64,000 nt of DNA from positions 507-64,506 of the forward strand of contig JAZOLL010000036.1 in NCBI GenBank assembly GCA_045653105.1. The letters are read 5' to 3'. The position numbers and the translations under genes were made by a program. A model generated the notes under the pieces. It did not search any database, had not been told where the DNA came from, and worked only from the letters and a program-made list of their open reading frames with translations. How positions within the stretch are numbered: position 1 is the stretch's first letter; every line of letters begins with the position of its first letter. This document shows positions 30,672 through 40,406 of this stretch, piece after piece. Source of the stretch: Eubacteriales bacterium. GTDB taxonomy: Bacteria; Bacillota; Clostridia; Oscillospirales; CAG-272.

Positions 30672-33446
30672 TCAGTCGTCTTTACGGCGTCCGAATACGA
30701 CAGCGCCGCAGCTGAAAATTCCAACGAGAACCGCCGCAGGTGCGCCGATAACTCCCGTACATCCGATTACATCTCTGAGAGTTTGACCGGAGGTTTCGCC
30801 GGAGTTTTCCTTTGTTGTCGTGGTCATTTCGTTGCCTGTAGTGGTGGTCGTAGTTGTGGTATCTCCCGAGGGAGGGTTGATGGGATCATCCGCCTGAGGC
30901 GCGCTGACCGTTACGGTACAAGTAGCAACCTTTCCGCTTGCACTTCTCACGGTTATAGTTGCCGTACCTGCAGCTCTTGCCGTCAAAGTGCCACTCGATA
31001 CGCTCACCACAGAAGTGTTGGAGCTCGTCCAAGTGAGTGTCTTATCGGTTGCATCGGTGGGATTTACCGTCGCGCTCAAGATTTCGGTATCCCCTACCGT
31101 CAGGGCAAGCGAGCTCTTATTGAGAGTAACGCTCTCAACCGGTACCTTTACGGTTACAGTACAGGTCGCGGTCTTGCCGTTCGCTGTTCTCACGGTTATA
31201 GTCGCAGTACCTGCGGATTTTGCCGTCAAAGTGCCACTCGACACGCTCACCACAGAGGGGTTGGAGCTCGACCAGGTAAGAGTTTTGTTAGCCGCATCAG
31301 AGGGTGTGATCGTCGCGCTGAGCGTTGCCGTCTGTCCCTTTGTCAGCTCAAGTGTGGTTTTATTGAGCGTTACGCTTTCTGCAACCGCTCTTACAGTTAC
31401 CGTACAGGTCGCGCTGCTTCCGTTTGCCGTTCTGACAGTTATCGTAGCTGTTCCCTTTGCCCTCGCGGTGAGAACTCCGTTCGATACGCTGACGACAGAG
31501 GAGTTTGAGCTCGTCCAGGTAAGTCCGCCCGAATAATTCGAGGGGGTCACGGTAGCTCTTAAGGTCTCGGTAGCGCCCTTATCAAGTGTCACGCTCGACT
31601 TGTTCAGCGATACGGTCGCATCGCCGTCGTCAAGCAACATAAGGTGGTAGATATTTGTGATATCCTTGGTAACGCCGAGAGAAGTCAAAACGCTCTTTAC
31701 GTTGGAGGTCACCTTATATGAGTTCCACTGCTGGTTTCCGCTTGAATCGGTATGGAGATAAAGTGTGTAAGCGAGGCACTCAAGCTCAGACTTATCTATA
31801 CCAAGCTGTCTTGCGAAATATTCCTTGGATATCTTTATCTCGCCCGTCTTATAGTCATTTCCGTCCTTAGTTGCGGCAGCCCAAATATCCTGCCCCCAAA
31901 CGGGAGCGGACACTCCCGGCTGATTTGAGTCATTTGTACCGTACTGAATAGTTTCGGTGGCTTCGTTATATGTAAACGAGGTCGTTACGTGCCTGTTATG
32001 AAGAGCAAGATATCCCGGGAATCTGTAGTCATTCTGAACTCTGAACTGAAGCTGAGTTGCCCGGTTGCTCATCGTTTGCTTTACAGTAAAAGCATAGTAA
32101 ATATAGTCGGCATCGTGCTTGATATACTCTGTCAGATCACTCTCAAGATTTTGCGCGTACGGACCGTTTTGCGCTATCACTCGTTTGGTGGTATATTCGT
32201 TTTCATTTATGACACCGTCCAAGGTGGGAGCAGACGTATAGGAGGCTTTAACGCTGAGGTTCTGGTGGCCAAGACTTGAAAACGCGTTTTCAAGATCTAC
32301 TGTTCCTACGTCTTTATAAGTAGTTTTGTGCTGATTGCCCGACACGTATGCGTTCTGACCCTTGAGCGCTCTCGAGGGAGAGAGATATTCAACTCCGAGC
32401 ACGTTGCCGTCCTCGTCAAAGTTGAGCATCATTATATGGGTGTTGTTGCCATTGTTGGTAGTAACGTAATTAGAGGGGTCGTTAACGATCTCAAATACGG
32501 AGTTATTATGCTTGGAATCGGTTCTTGTACCAAAGTAGGGATTTTGTGTAACAACGTGTCCGCTCATTATCATAAATATATTTTCATGATACTTGAAGAT
32601 ATTTTCCCAGAGATACTCTCCGCTGAAATCGATAGTTTCCTGCCTCGGGCCACCCCAACCTGAAGGCCAAGTGTCATATCTCTTTGTTCCTGGCTCACCT
32701 ACGGTGCCGTTGTAGAAGGATCCGTTTGCATTTTCATATACGTGTACCGATACCATTACTCTGTGATCGGGGTTTGCCGCGATAAGGTTGTTTGCCCAAG
32801 TGATCACCTTCTGGCTGTTTTCACAGGGGTTACCGTCGATACAGGTCTCGTGGAGGTGGAAGTCAAGGCCGAGCATGAGGTATTTAACTCCGCCGATCTC
32901 TATCTTTTGGTATACGTTAGACATCGAGTTGCCGTAAACCGCAGGCTCATCGGGGTCATAGAAGAATCCGCTCATCTGATTCTTATAGTTATCTGTGCAG
33001 ATATAATTGTGAAATCCTGCCTCATCATCGTGGTTTCCGCGGACTACCATATAAGGGATCTTTCCGTCAAGACGCGCGAACTGCTCCGCAGCGATCTGCC
33101 ACTGACGGGGATTTGTAACGGCTGTGTTGTAGCCGTTTGTAGGCCAGGAAATAAGAGTATCTACGGTATCTCCAAGCTCGAAAACGTATTTTATTTTTCT
33201 TGAATCCTTGTTCTGAAGTATCCAGTCAAATACTGTTTTGGTGTACTGTGTTGCTCCGTTAGATTCCTGGTCGAGCTCTGTCCAGATCTGCATATCACCG
33301 ATAACTGCAAAGGAATAATCGGTATTAGCTGTGGGAGCCCCTGTGCTGGATGAGGTATAAGTGTATGCCGCAGCAGACGTGGGCATAACGGCCATGGGGA
33401 GTACAAGTGCAAGAATGCAAATAAGTGCGATTAGCTTTCTTTTCAT
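30672..33446 (-). CDS. Cell-surface calcineurin-like metallophosphoesterase with three Big_2 (Ig-like) domains and a C-terminal membrane anchor
   Basis: The start is revised to ATG 33446 (MKRKLIALICILALVLPMAVMPTSAAA, RBS AAGGAGA). Phosphoesterase motifs are FAVIGDMQ, ELGDTVD, VRGNHD and MSGHV. Three repeats of about 81 aa follow (VTLNKT.L.LT.G.TATLSATITPSDA..KTLTWSSSN.SVVSVS.GTLTA...GTATITVRTANGK.ATCTVTV). After those come a T-rich linker and the TM segment GAPAAVLVGIFSCGAVVFGRRKDD. Confidence 0.75.
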   Translation of the reverse strand: MKRKLIALICILALVLPMAVMPTSAAAYTYTSSSTGAPTANTDYSFAVIGDMQIWTELDQESNGATQYTKTVFDWILQNKDSRKIKYVFELGDTVDTLISWPTNGYNTAVTNPRQWQIAAEQFARLDGKIPYMVVRGNHDDEAGFHNYICTDNYKNQMSGFFYDPDEPAVYGNSMSNVYQKIEIGGVKYLMLGLDFHLHETCIDGNPCENSQKVITWANNLIAANPDHRVMVSVHVYENANGSFYNGTVGEPGTKRYDTWPSGWGGPRQETIDFSGEYLWENIFKYHENIFMIMSGHVVTQNPYFGTRTDSKHNNSVFEIVNDPSNYVTTNNGNNTHIMMLNFDEDGNVLGVEYLSPSRALKGQNAYVSGNQHKTTYKDVGTVDLENAFSSLGHQNLSVKASYTSAPTLDGVINENEYTTKRVIAQNGPYAQNLESDLTEYIKHDADYIYYAFTVKQTMSNRATQLQFRVQNDYRFPGYLALHNRHVTTSFTYNEATETIQYGTNDSNQPGVSAPVWGQDIWAAATKDGNDYKTGEIKISKEYFARQLGIDKSELECLAYTLYLHTDSSGNQQWNSYKVTSNVKSVLTSLGVTKDITNIYHLMLLDDGDATVSLNKSSVTLDKGATETLRATVTPSNYSGGLTWTSSNSSVVSVSNGVLTARAKGTATITVRTANGSSATCTVTVRAVAESVTLNKTTLELTKGQTATLSATITPSDAANKTLTWSSSNPSVVSVSSGTLTAKSAGTATITVRTANGKTATCTVTVKVPVESVTLNKSSLALTVGDTEILSATVNPTDATDKTLTWTSSNTSVVSVSSGTLTARAAGTATITVRSASGKVATCTVTVSAPQADDPINPPSGDTTTTTTTTGNEMTTTTKENSGETSGQTLRDVIGCTGVIGAPAAVLVGIFSCGAVVFGRRKDD

Positions 33447-33491
33447 GTTTTTCTCCTTTATTTTAAAAAAGTTGCATACATACCTAATTTT

Positions 33492-33520
33492 ATTGTAACA
33501 TATCCAAACGAGAATGTAAA
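33492..33520 (-). promoter_or_regulatory. sigma-A type promoter of the phosphoesterase gene
   Basis: On the minus strand: TTTACA (33520-33515), 17-nt spacer, TACAAT (33497-33492). Confidence 0.6.
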
Positions 33521-33555
33521 GAAAAATTTTTCTTCCTATTATTATATATAATATA

Positions 33556-33582
33556 AACACCCCCCGTTTTGTGGGGGGTGTT
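33556..33582. terminator. Orphan G/C hairpin in a divergent intergenic region
   Basis: aacacccccc (33556-33565) pairs with ggggggtgtt (33573-33582), followed by T-rich sequence on the plus strand. No plus-strand gene lies upstream. Confidence 0.35.
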
Positions 33583-33807
33583 TATTCATCTTTTCTTTTT
33601 TATCCCGAAAAATCTTCTGAGGAGTGGTGTTATAAACTGCGGTGGCTTAAAGAGTACGATCTTCATAAAATCCGTCCTTTCCAAAGCCCACTTAGGCTAT
33701 TCACTAAAGATTATATGCACTCTCCTCGAAAAAGGACTTCAAAAAATAATAAAAATCCCCGCCCGTCCATAAAATTTAATAAAAACACTGTACTTTCGGA
33801 GGACAAG

Positions 33808-34998
33808 ATGAACTGTTTTTGCGGTATTGCGGATATGCGTGGCACGACCTTGGATTTTGAGCGACTTCGCGCAATGAGAGGTACTATGATACAAAGAGGT
33901 GCGACGCGCACCGAGGCGTATATCGAAAAGGGTGTGGGACTTTTATGCTCGCAAGAGCTCCCGATTATGCAGGGCGGCTCTGCTTTGCCATATCTGATCT
34001 CCCTTCAAAACGGCACGCTCGCGGTAGCGCTTGACGGCGAGATAGTTTTTCTATCAGATATACTCGCTGTAAAACCTCTCGGTATAGATACACCGAGAGC
34101 TCTTGCGGAGTGTTACCTGGCATTCGGGTGTGATACTCCCCTTGAGATCAATGGAGAATACTCTTTTGTAGCAATAGATTCGCTAAGGCGCGAGCTTTTT
34201 CTCGCAACAGATGCCGAGGGCTCTCGCCCGATATTTTATTACAAAGAGAATGAGCGCCTAATATTTTCAAACTCCATTCGCCCCCTGCTCTCCTACTCTA
34301 CGCGCGCCGCAGAGGTGGATAAATCAGCAATTTCAGAGCTCCTTCGCGCCCCCGCGGGGCGTGTCAAAGCTTGTGATATCTACAAAAACATATCAGAGCT
34401 GAAGGGCGGACACTTTTTGATATGCTCGGGACTTGGCACAAGTATCCATGAGTATGCCTCAAAAAAGCGAACTATCTCCTCACAAAAAAATCCTACTGAA
34501 GATGAAAAGCTGATAACACTCACGCCCGACAGAGCCGCGCCCCTCAGATCAGACTCCGAGGAAATGCTCTTTTGCTTTGATTATCCCGAGTTTGACGAAT
34601 ACTCCCCTGAATATCTCTCGGCGGTGCGCTCTTTGAAGAGATACTCGCGCACCCCCTCGCGCTTTTATATAGAAGAGCTATCCCCCTGCACCGATAATAT
34701 TTTCGCAAATCTAAAGGCGGACCGTATTGGCAGAGCTTACGGCATAAAGCTATCGCCAAAAATCCCGAACAGAAAGCCGCCTCGCTCACGCGCCTTTCTT
34801 TTCGACCGAGAAAAAAAGCTCTTCGCCATAGTAAAAGATATACTTTCGAGTGAGCAAAGCCATATAAAAAGATTTTTTGGAAGCTCGATAGAGACAATTG
34901 TCTCTTGTGAGTGCGAGACGCGCGAAAAGATCTCGACTCTCGGCAAAATAATAGGACTCGAGCGCTGGCTCGAGTCCTATCCGATAATTCCTACATAA
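33808..34998 (+). CDS. Asparagine-synthase-related protein (class II glutamine-amidotransferase-like N-domain; no PP-loop seen)
   Basis: The start is revised to ATG 33808 (RBS GGAGG 5 nt upstream). The N-terminus MNCFCGIAD resembles the MCGI start of AsnB-type Ntn amidotransferases. No SGGxDS motif is seen in the rest. The first 79 codons of the track ORF have no support. Confidence 0.4.
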   Translation: MNCFCGIADMRGTTLDFERLRAMRGTMIQRGATRTEAYIEKGVGLLCSQELPIMQGGSALPYLISLQNGTLAVALDGEIVFLSDILAVKPLGIDTPRALAECYLAFGCDTPLEINGEYSFVAIDSLRRELFLATDAEGSRPIFYYKENERLIFSNSIRPLLSYSTRAAEVDKSAISELLRAPAGRVKACDIYKNISELKGGHFLICSGLGTSIHEYASKKRTISSQKNPTEDEKLITLTPDRAAPLRSDSEEMLFCFDYPEFDEYSPEYLSAVRSLKRYSRTPSRFYIEELSPCTDNIFANLKADRIGRAYGIKLSPKIPNRKPPRSRAFLFDREKKLFAIVKDILSSEQSHIKRFFGSSIETIVSCECETREKISTLGKIIGLERWLESYPIIPT

Positions 34999-35631
34999 TT
35001 ATATATTGCGGCTCTCTATTATAAAAAGCCCTCCACGGCGCACAGATACAAGCGCGCAGTTCTCCACTATCTCGTTTGATACGGCATACTGGTATTTTCT
35101 CAAAAGCTTCGCGTTTTTGAGAGGATATTTGCACCCCTCGACAGATACGCCCTTGATGCTCTCCTCCGCCGCGATAAGAGACAGATACTTAAATCCGCTC
35201 TTTGGCAAAAGAGTGCTCGTTGATCTTATGTATCTCGCTCTGTTCTGCCCGTCGGTTATTACCGCGTGGACGCCAAGCTCGTAAAGCGCCTCAAGTATCG
35301 CGAGATTTGAGAGCGTGTGGTCAAGTCTACCGCTAAGTCCGCCGATTATCACGATGTCGTCAGCTCCCTTTGAAAGCGCAACGTTCACCGCAAGCTGGGT
35401 GTCGGTCTCGTCCTTCTCACTGGGTACGGTTATCTTCTCTACCCCCTCGGGTATCCTGTCAGCTCCCCCTTGGAGCGAGTCAAAATCTCCGACCGCGATA
35501 TCCACCCTGTCGCCAAGACGTTTGGCGTTCTCAAATCCAGAGTCCGCCGCAATGCAAAGATCCTTCGCCTTGGGATGCTCGGTTATATTTTCGGGATATA
35601 TATCGCCGCCGCTGTATATAAAAGCCTTCAT
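34999..35631 (-). CDS. thiN: Thiamine pyrophosphokinase
   Basis: MKAFIYSGGD, IAADSGF, AVGDFDSL, KDETDTQLAV and IIGGLSGRLDHTLSNL are TPK hallmarks. Start chosen at 35631; the alternative is 35655. Confidence 0.85.
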   Translation of the reverse strand: MKAFIYSGGDIYPENITEHPKAKDLCIAADSGFENAKRLGDRVDIAVGDFDSLQGGADRIPEGVEKITVPSEKDETDTQLAVNVALSKGADDIVIIGGLSGRLDHTLSNLAILEALYELGVHAVITDGQNRARYIRSTSTLLPKSGFKYLSLIAAEESIKGVSVEGCKYPLKNAKLLRKYQYAVSNEIVENCALVSVRRGGLFIIESRNI

Positions 35632-35648
35632 ATTATATAAAGCTCCTT

Positions 35649-36602
35649 TTACCATTTTTTCTTTTGCTTGAGCACCTCGTATAACTCAAGGAAGCTGTTG
35701 TGTCTGCAACGCTGGATGTCGCCGCGCTTCACCGCGTCGAGCACCGCGCAGCCCTCCTCCTTGGTGTGTGAGCACTTGGTATATCTGCATTTTCCTATAT
35801 GATCCGAGAATTCTCGCATAGTGTAAGCCAGATCCTCAACCTCGAAAAAGTCAAATCGCTGAAAATCAAGCATGGAAAATCCGGGTGTATCCGCAAGATA
35901 ACCGCACTCCTTTTCCTCGGAAAGGGAAAAAAGCTCGACCTGTCTTGTGGTGTGACGACCTCTTTCTATCTTTCGACTTATATCAGAGGTGGAAAGCTCA
36001 AGGTGGGGAAAAAGCGCGTTCATAAGCGTGGATTTTCCGATACCCGAAGCGCCCGCAAAGGCAGAAAGCTTGCCGGGGAGCTCGTTTTCTACAAAAGCTC
36101 TCACCTCGTCTATTCCCTCGCCCGTGACAGAGCTGATCGCGAACGCGGTAAAGCCTGATTTTTTGTAAATATCAACTATTCGGTCCGCCTCACTCGGCGC
36201 GAGATCACGCTTTGTCACCACGATAACAGGCTCGATCTTGTTAAACTCTGCAATAGATATGAGCTTATCGACAGTTGAAAGAATTGGGGTTGGGTGTGCC
36301 GCAGCCATAGTTACAAATATGTAATCTAGATTCGCAAGAGGCGGACGGATAAGTGAATTCCGCCTCTCAATTATCTCGTCTATAACAAATCCCGAATCCT
36401 TGCCGTCCTTTTTCGTGCTTTCATCATCGGGCAAAAGTATTACCTTGTCGCCCGCAAGCGGAGTTATATTATTGTGTCTGAACGCACCTCTGGCGCGGCA
36501 CTTTACGACTTCACCGAAAATATCGGAATCCGCATCGGTTATCTTTACCGAATAAAGTCCGCCTACACCCTTGAGTATAATTCCCTTCAGATTTATATTC
36601 AT
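35649..36602 (-). CDS. rsgA: Ribosome small-subunit-dependent GTPase A
   Basis: OB-fold N-terminus, VVTKRDL (G4), P-loop GASGIGKSTLMN, DTPGF, and the zinc knuckle CRYTKCSHTKEEGCAV. Confidence 0.9.
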   Translation of the reverse strand: MNINLKGIILKGVGGLYSVKITDADSDIFGEVVKCRARGAFRHNNITPLAGDKVILLPDDESTKKDGKDSGFVIDEIIERRNSLIRPPLANLDYIFVTMAAAHPTPILSTVDKLISIAEFNKIEPVIVVTKRDLAPSEADRIVDIYKKSGFTAFAISSVTGEGIDEVRAFVENELPGKLSAFAGASGIGKSTLMNALFPHLELSTSDISRKIERGRHTTRQVELFSLSEEKECGYLADTPGFSMLDFQRFDFFEVEDLAYTMREFSDHIGKCRYTKCSHTKEEGCAVLDAVKRGDIQRCRHNSFLELYEVLKQKKKW

Positions 36603-36648
36603 TTGCTTTATAACTCCTTTCTGCTATTTCAATTTGTCTCTTTTGTCT

Positions 36649-37950
36649 CTACGAGCCCACGTATATATCTACAGATACGATACCCGAATATATTGGCGTG
36701 CCTGCCGCGACAGATTGCGATAGCACCGTGTTCTTTTTATCTCCGTTTTGTATACTGTACACCCTGCCTACAACGAGCCCGACCTCCGCAAGCTTCTCGC
36801 GAGCCTCATCGGGTGTAAGCCCCGACAGATCCGGAACTGTTTTTTCAGAGTGTCCCATTCCCGCACTTACCGTCATATCCACCGGGGAACCAAGCTCAAG
36901 GCTTGAAAAAGGAGCGACACTCTGCGAGAGCACCGTACCCGCGGCACGATCTGAACTCACATATCCTATTTTTCCTATTTCAAAGCCCGCCGCTCTCAAA
37001 ATTTCCGCGGCTTTTACCTCGGTAAGACCGCAAACATCGGGAACTGAGGCATATTTTCTTTCCTTTCCAAGGCTTACGACAAGTTTTATCGTTTCACTCT
37101 CCGCAAAGCTCTCACCTGCCGACGGCTCTGTCGATATCACGTATCCTTCGGAAAAAATATCCGAATATTCGCCCGACACCTCAACCTTTACGGATTCGTT
37201 TTTCAGCTCAAGCAACGCTTCTCTTGAGTTTTTAGAGACATAGTCTCTCATCGTGAGCTTTTTCTCCCCAAGGCTAACGGTAAGTGTGATCTTACAAGGG
37301 TCTCCCCTGCGGTAAACTCGCCGTCTCGCTCCTGCCGAGGGTGTTTGATCCAAGATCAACCCCGCAGATGCGCTATCATCATAAACGTAATTAACTTGGA
37401 TTTCAAATCCCGAGAGATCCATCTCGCTCACCGAATAAAATCCTCCCACAAATTCGGGAACGCTGACCGAATCGTAAAAAGCTATATGTCCTTTGAGGAG
37501 AAATTTATAGATCACCGCCCCAAAAGACACCGCCGAGACGAGAACAAGCGCGCAAAGCGCTCCCGCAAGAGTTGGAAGGATAGAGGGCTTTTTCGGTCTT
37601 GCGGCTTTCGCGAGTCTTGCAGCTCTAATTTTAGAGACTTTTGTCTCTACTTTCTCTTTTGTTCGCTGTCTAAACAAAGCAAACCAAACCGCATAGCGTC
37701 CGGGGTGCTTTATCTTCTCCCGCTTTTTGTGATTTTCACTCAAATACGGATCATAAAAGCTTCCAAAATCATAAAAAGCTGCGGTTTCTCCAACCTTTGC
37801 GTCGGTTTTCTCGCTTTGATCATTTGGCAACCTCTCCTCTCGGAGTGTAGGAAGCAAAATCCCCTCTGCTTTCTTCACCTTTCTTTTAAGAACGGTACGC
37901 TTTTTTAGAGACGAAGTCTCTTTTTTGATCTCTGTTATTCTGTATTTCAA
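36649..37950 (-). CDS. PASTA-domain membrane protein without a kinase domain (four PASTA repeats)
   Basis: A basic N-terminal region of about 125 aa with no kinase motifs, then a TM segment (LAGALCALVLVSAVSFGAVIY). Four PASTA-like units follow (for example VPDVCGLTEVKAAEILRAAGFEIGKIGYV and VPDLSGLTPDEAREKLAEVGLVVGRVY). It sits where prkC lies in Bacillus-type loci. Confidence 0.75.
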   Translation of the reverse strand: MKYRITEIKKETSSLKKRTVLKRKVKKAEGILLPTLREERLPNDQSEKTDAKVGETAAFYDFGSFYDPYLSENHKKREKIKHPGRYAVWFALFRQRTKEKVETKVSKIRAARLAKAARPKKPSILPTLAGALCALVLVSAVSFGAVIYKFLLKGHIAFYDSVSVPEFVGGFYSVSEMDLSGFEIQVNYVYDDSASAGLILDQTPSAGARRRVYRRGDPCKITLTVSLGEKKLTMRDYVSKNSREALLELKNESVKVEVSGEYSDIFSEGYVISTEPSAGESFAESETIKLVVSLGKERKYASVPDVCGLTEVKAAEILRAAGFEIGKIGYVSSDRAAGTVLSQSVAPFSSLELGSPVDMTVSAGMGHSEKTVPDLSGLTPDEAREKLAEVGLVVGRVYSIQNGDKKNTVLSQSVAAGTPIYSGIVSVDIYVGS

Positions 37951-37996
37951 TGCTTTGTCCTCTCATTTATTATGTACGGACAAGCTTTTTCTGTTT

Positions 37997-39079
37997 TTAC
38001 TCTGTTTTTTCCTTTTTCTGCTCGTGTGCGCGGCGGAGCTGACCGCAGGACGCGTTTATATCCGCACCGAGCTTTCGCCTTACCGTTGCGCGAATGCCAA
38101 GTCGCTCAAGCGTTTTCGCAAATTCCTTTATAGAATCGTTATCCGAGCGCTTAAAGTCCTTTTCGATGACCTCGTTTACGGGTATAAGGTTTACGTGGAT
38201 CGGCATAGTCGATGTTCTTGTGCGAAGCTTTGAGTTTAGAAGCGACGCGAGGCGCTCTGCCTGAGCCTTTGAATCGTTTTTGCCCGCGATGAGCGTGTAT
38301 TCAAAGGAAATTCTGCGACCCGTGTGATCGTAATATCGCTTGCACGCGTCAAGGAGTGAGGATACGTTCCACTTTTTATTTACCGGCATTATCGAAGATC
38401 TCGTCTCGTCGTCAGCCGCGTGAAGTGAGATAGAAAGCGTTATCGCAAGATCCTCCTTTGCGAGCTTGTCTATCTTATCAACAAGACCGCATGTGGAGAG
38501 AGATATGTGTCTATAGCCGATGTTAAGTCCCTTTTCGTGACCTACAAGGCGCAAAAATTTCATCACGTTATCGTAGTTGTCAAGCGGCTCGCCAATGCCC
38601 ATCATTACTATGTTCGAAATCCTCTCGCCCATGTCTTTTTGAGCCGAGATTATCTGACCGAGGAGCTCTGAGGGCAAAAGATCGCGCAGCTTTCCGCCTA
38701 TAGTTGACGCACAGAATGCGCATCCCATAAGACAGCCGACCTGCGAGGATATGCAGATGGTGTTGCCGTGCTTGTATTTCATTACAACGCTCTCGATACA
38801 GTTGCCGTCGCGAAGCGCAAAGAGATATTTCACCGTGCCGTCTATCTGTGAAACGAGCTTTTTCTCTATCGCGGGAAGGTAATAATAGGACACACGAGAA
38901 AGCTTTTCCTTGAGCGCCTTGCCGATATTCGTCATTTCCTCGGGGGATACCCCTTTTTGCAGCTGCTCGTACATCTGCATCGCTCTGTAGCGCGGTTCTC
39001 CAAGCTGTGCGAGGAACTCCGTGAGCTCTGCAAGGTCAAGCGAGAGCAGATCTATCTTTTGATTTTCTGTTGATTGCAT
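37997..39079 (-). CDS. rlmN: 23S rRNA/tRNA (adenine-C2)-methyltransferase, radical SAM
   Basis: Radical-SAM cluster GCLMGCAFCAS, MGIGEPLDN, and the C-terminal catalytic Cys region NASCGQL. Confidence 0.9.
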   Translation of the reverse strand: MQSTENQKIDLLSLDLAELTEFLAQLGEPRYRAMQMYEQLQKGVSPEEMTNIGKALKEKLSRVSYYYLPAIEKKLVSQIDGTVKYLFALRDGNCIESVVMKYKHGNTICISSQVGCLMGCAFCASTIGGKLRDLLPSELLGQIISAQKDMGERISNIVMMGIGEPLDNYDNVMKFLRLVGHEKGLNIGYRHISLSTCGLVDKIDKLAKEDLAITLSISLHAADDETRSSIMPVNKKWNVSSLLDACKRYYDHTGRRISFEYTLIAGKNDSKAQAERLASLLNSKLRTRTSTMPIHVNLIPVNEVIEKDFKRSDNDSIKEFAKTLERLGIRATVRRKLGADINASCGQLRRAHEQKKEKTE

Positions 39080-39098
39080 AGAAAACTCCTATAGCTAT

Positions 39099-40406
39099 CT
39101 ATTTTCTCCTCACCATACGCGCGACAAAGAAGCCGTCAGTATGGTGAATATCGGGATATAGAGACAATGTCTCGCTTTCCTGTGTAAGCGGACCTACCGA
39201 AAAGCCGTCAAGCTCAAAATTCGGTGAATCCTTCAAAAACCTCTCAATATTTTTATCGTTTTCCTCGGGGAATATCGTGCAAGTGGAATAAACCAACACG
39301 CCCCCGACCTTTACGTAGCGAGAGGCATTATTAAGTATCGCGAGCTGTATATCGGGAAGAGGCGCGGATTCTGCGGGATCCTTGTATCTGAGCTCGGGCT
39401 TTTTCGAGATGACGCCAAATCCGGAGCAAGGCACGTCGCAGAGCACTCTGTCTGCCGCCCCCTCAAGCTCGGGGATAAACACTCTCGCATCTCCCTGTGC
39501 CACGCTTATTATGTCGATACCAAGCCTTTTTGCACCGCTTTCTATGAGAGAAAGCTTGCTTTTGTGCAGGTCAAAGGAGCGAAGCTCTCCTTCATTTTCC
39601 ATATCTATCGCCGCGCCAAAGCTCTTGGAGCCTGGACATGCGCAGGTGTCGATCACACGCTCACCCGCCCTTGCGCCAAGTGCCGCCACACATATCTGCG
39701 ACGCCTCGTCCTGAACAAAGAAAAGCCCGTCGTCAAAGCCGTAAAGCTCGCGCACGGCGCCGCCGACGCGAAGTCCGACAGGAGATATCTCGGTGGGCTC
39801 TGCCCCCTCGATATTTTCGAGGAGCTCCTCTCTTGTAGCTTTCAGCGTATTCACGCGAAGCGTTGTTTTGGGCGTTTCAAAGGACGCCAGAAGCAAGGAC
39901 TCCGCTCTCTCGACACCAAATATCGAGACAAGCTTTTTCGCAAGCGGCAAGCATACCGAATATGCCACCGAAAGGTAGTCCTCGGGCGTGTTTTCCTTGC
40001 TCGGAAGCTCTACGGGCGCGGGAAGTCGAGTGTAGGCGCGAAGTATCGCGTTCACAAACCCAGCGCTCTTTCTACCGCATAGAGACACCGTCTCGTTTAT
40101 TGCCGCGTGGGGCGGAATTCTATCCATATATCTGAGCTGATAAAGCCCTATTCTTATCGCGCATCTCGTTTCCCTGTCTATTTTATCGACATCTCTCGAC
40201 GAAAGCTTTGATATGATATAGTCAAGCGTTATCCTGCGCTCTATCACTCCGTATACCAAGGCGCTTGTAAGTGCCTTGTCCGCAGAGGAGAGCTCCGAGG
40301 AAAGAAGCGCGTGATCGAGGGATATGTTTGAATATCCCCCGCTGTTTTCTGTTTTTATTAGTATTTTGTGCGCCAGCTGTCTTGCGGTCATATCACTCAC
40401 CGTCAA
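39099..40406 (-). CDS. rsmB: 16S rRNA (cytosine967-C5)-methyltransferase
   Basis: NusB-like N-domain, SAM site DTCACPGSKS, and catalytic DVPCSGFGV and YSTCT motifs. Confidence 0.9.
   Translation of the reverse strand: MTVSDMTARQLAHKILIKTENSGGYSNISLDHALLSSELSSADKALTSALVYGVIERRITLDYIISKLSSRDVDKIDRETRCAIRIGLYQLRYMDRIPPHAAINETVSLCGRKSAGFVNAILRAYTRLPAPVELPSKENTPEDYLSVAYSVCLPLAKKLVSIFGVERAESLLLASFETPKTTLRVNTLKATREELLENIEGAEPTEISPVGLRVGGAVRELYGFDDGLFFVQDEASQICVAALGARAGERVIDTCACPGSKSFGAAIDMENEGELRSFDLHKSKLSLIESGAKRLGIDIISVAQGDARVFIPELEGAADRVLCDVPCSGFGVISKKPELRYKDPAESAPLPDIQLAILNNASRYVKVGGVLVYSTCTIFPEENDKNIERFLKDSPNFELDGFSVGPLTQESETLSLYPDIHHTDGFFVARMVRRK

Noticed and set aside
9331-33560. Whether the accessory region is a genomic island or a mobile element.
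   Set aside because: I saw no integrase, transposase, recombinase, tRNA/tmRNA target or flanking direct repeats. Promoter, RBS and terminator styles match the housekeeping flanks. It is better described as a chromosomal surface-protein region. Formal GC and codon statistics were not computed.
33447-33807. N-terminal extensions offered by the ORF track: 33571 for the AsnB-like gene and 33560 for the phosphoesterase. The same issue applies at 30568, 19473, 22784, 59460, 57489 and 58554.
   Set aside because: In each case an internal ATG is preceded by a strong AAGGAG-type RBS. That start gives a sensible N-terminus: a signal peptide, a match to the paralogue, or a Rossmann start. The extensions overlap promoters or upstream genes, or encode implausible sequence.
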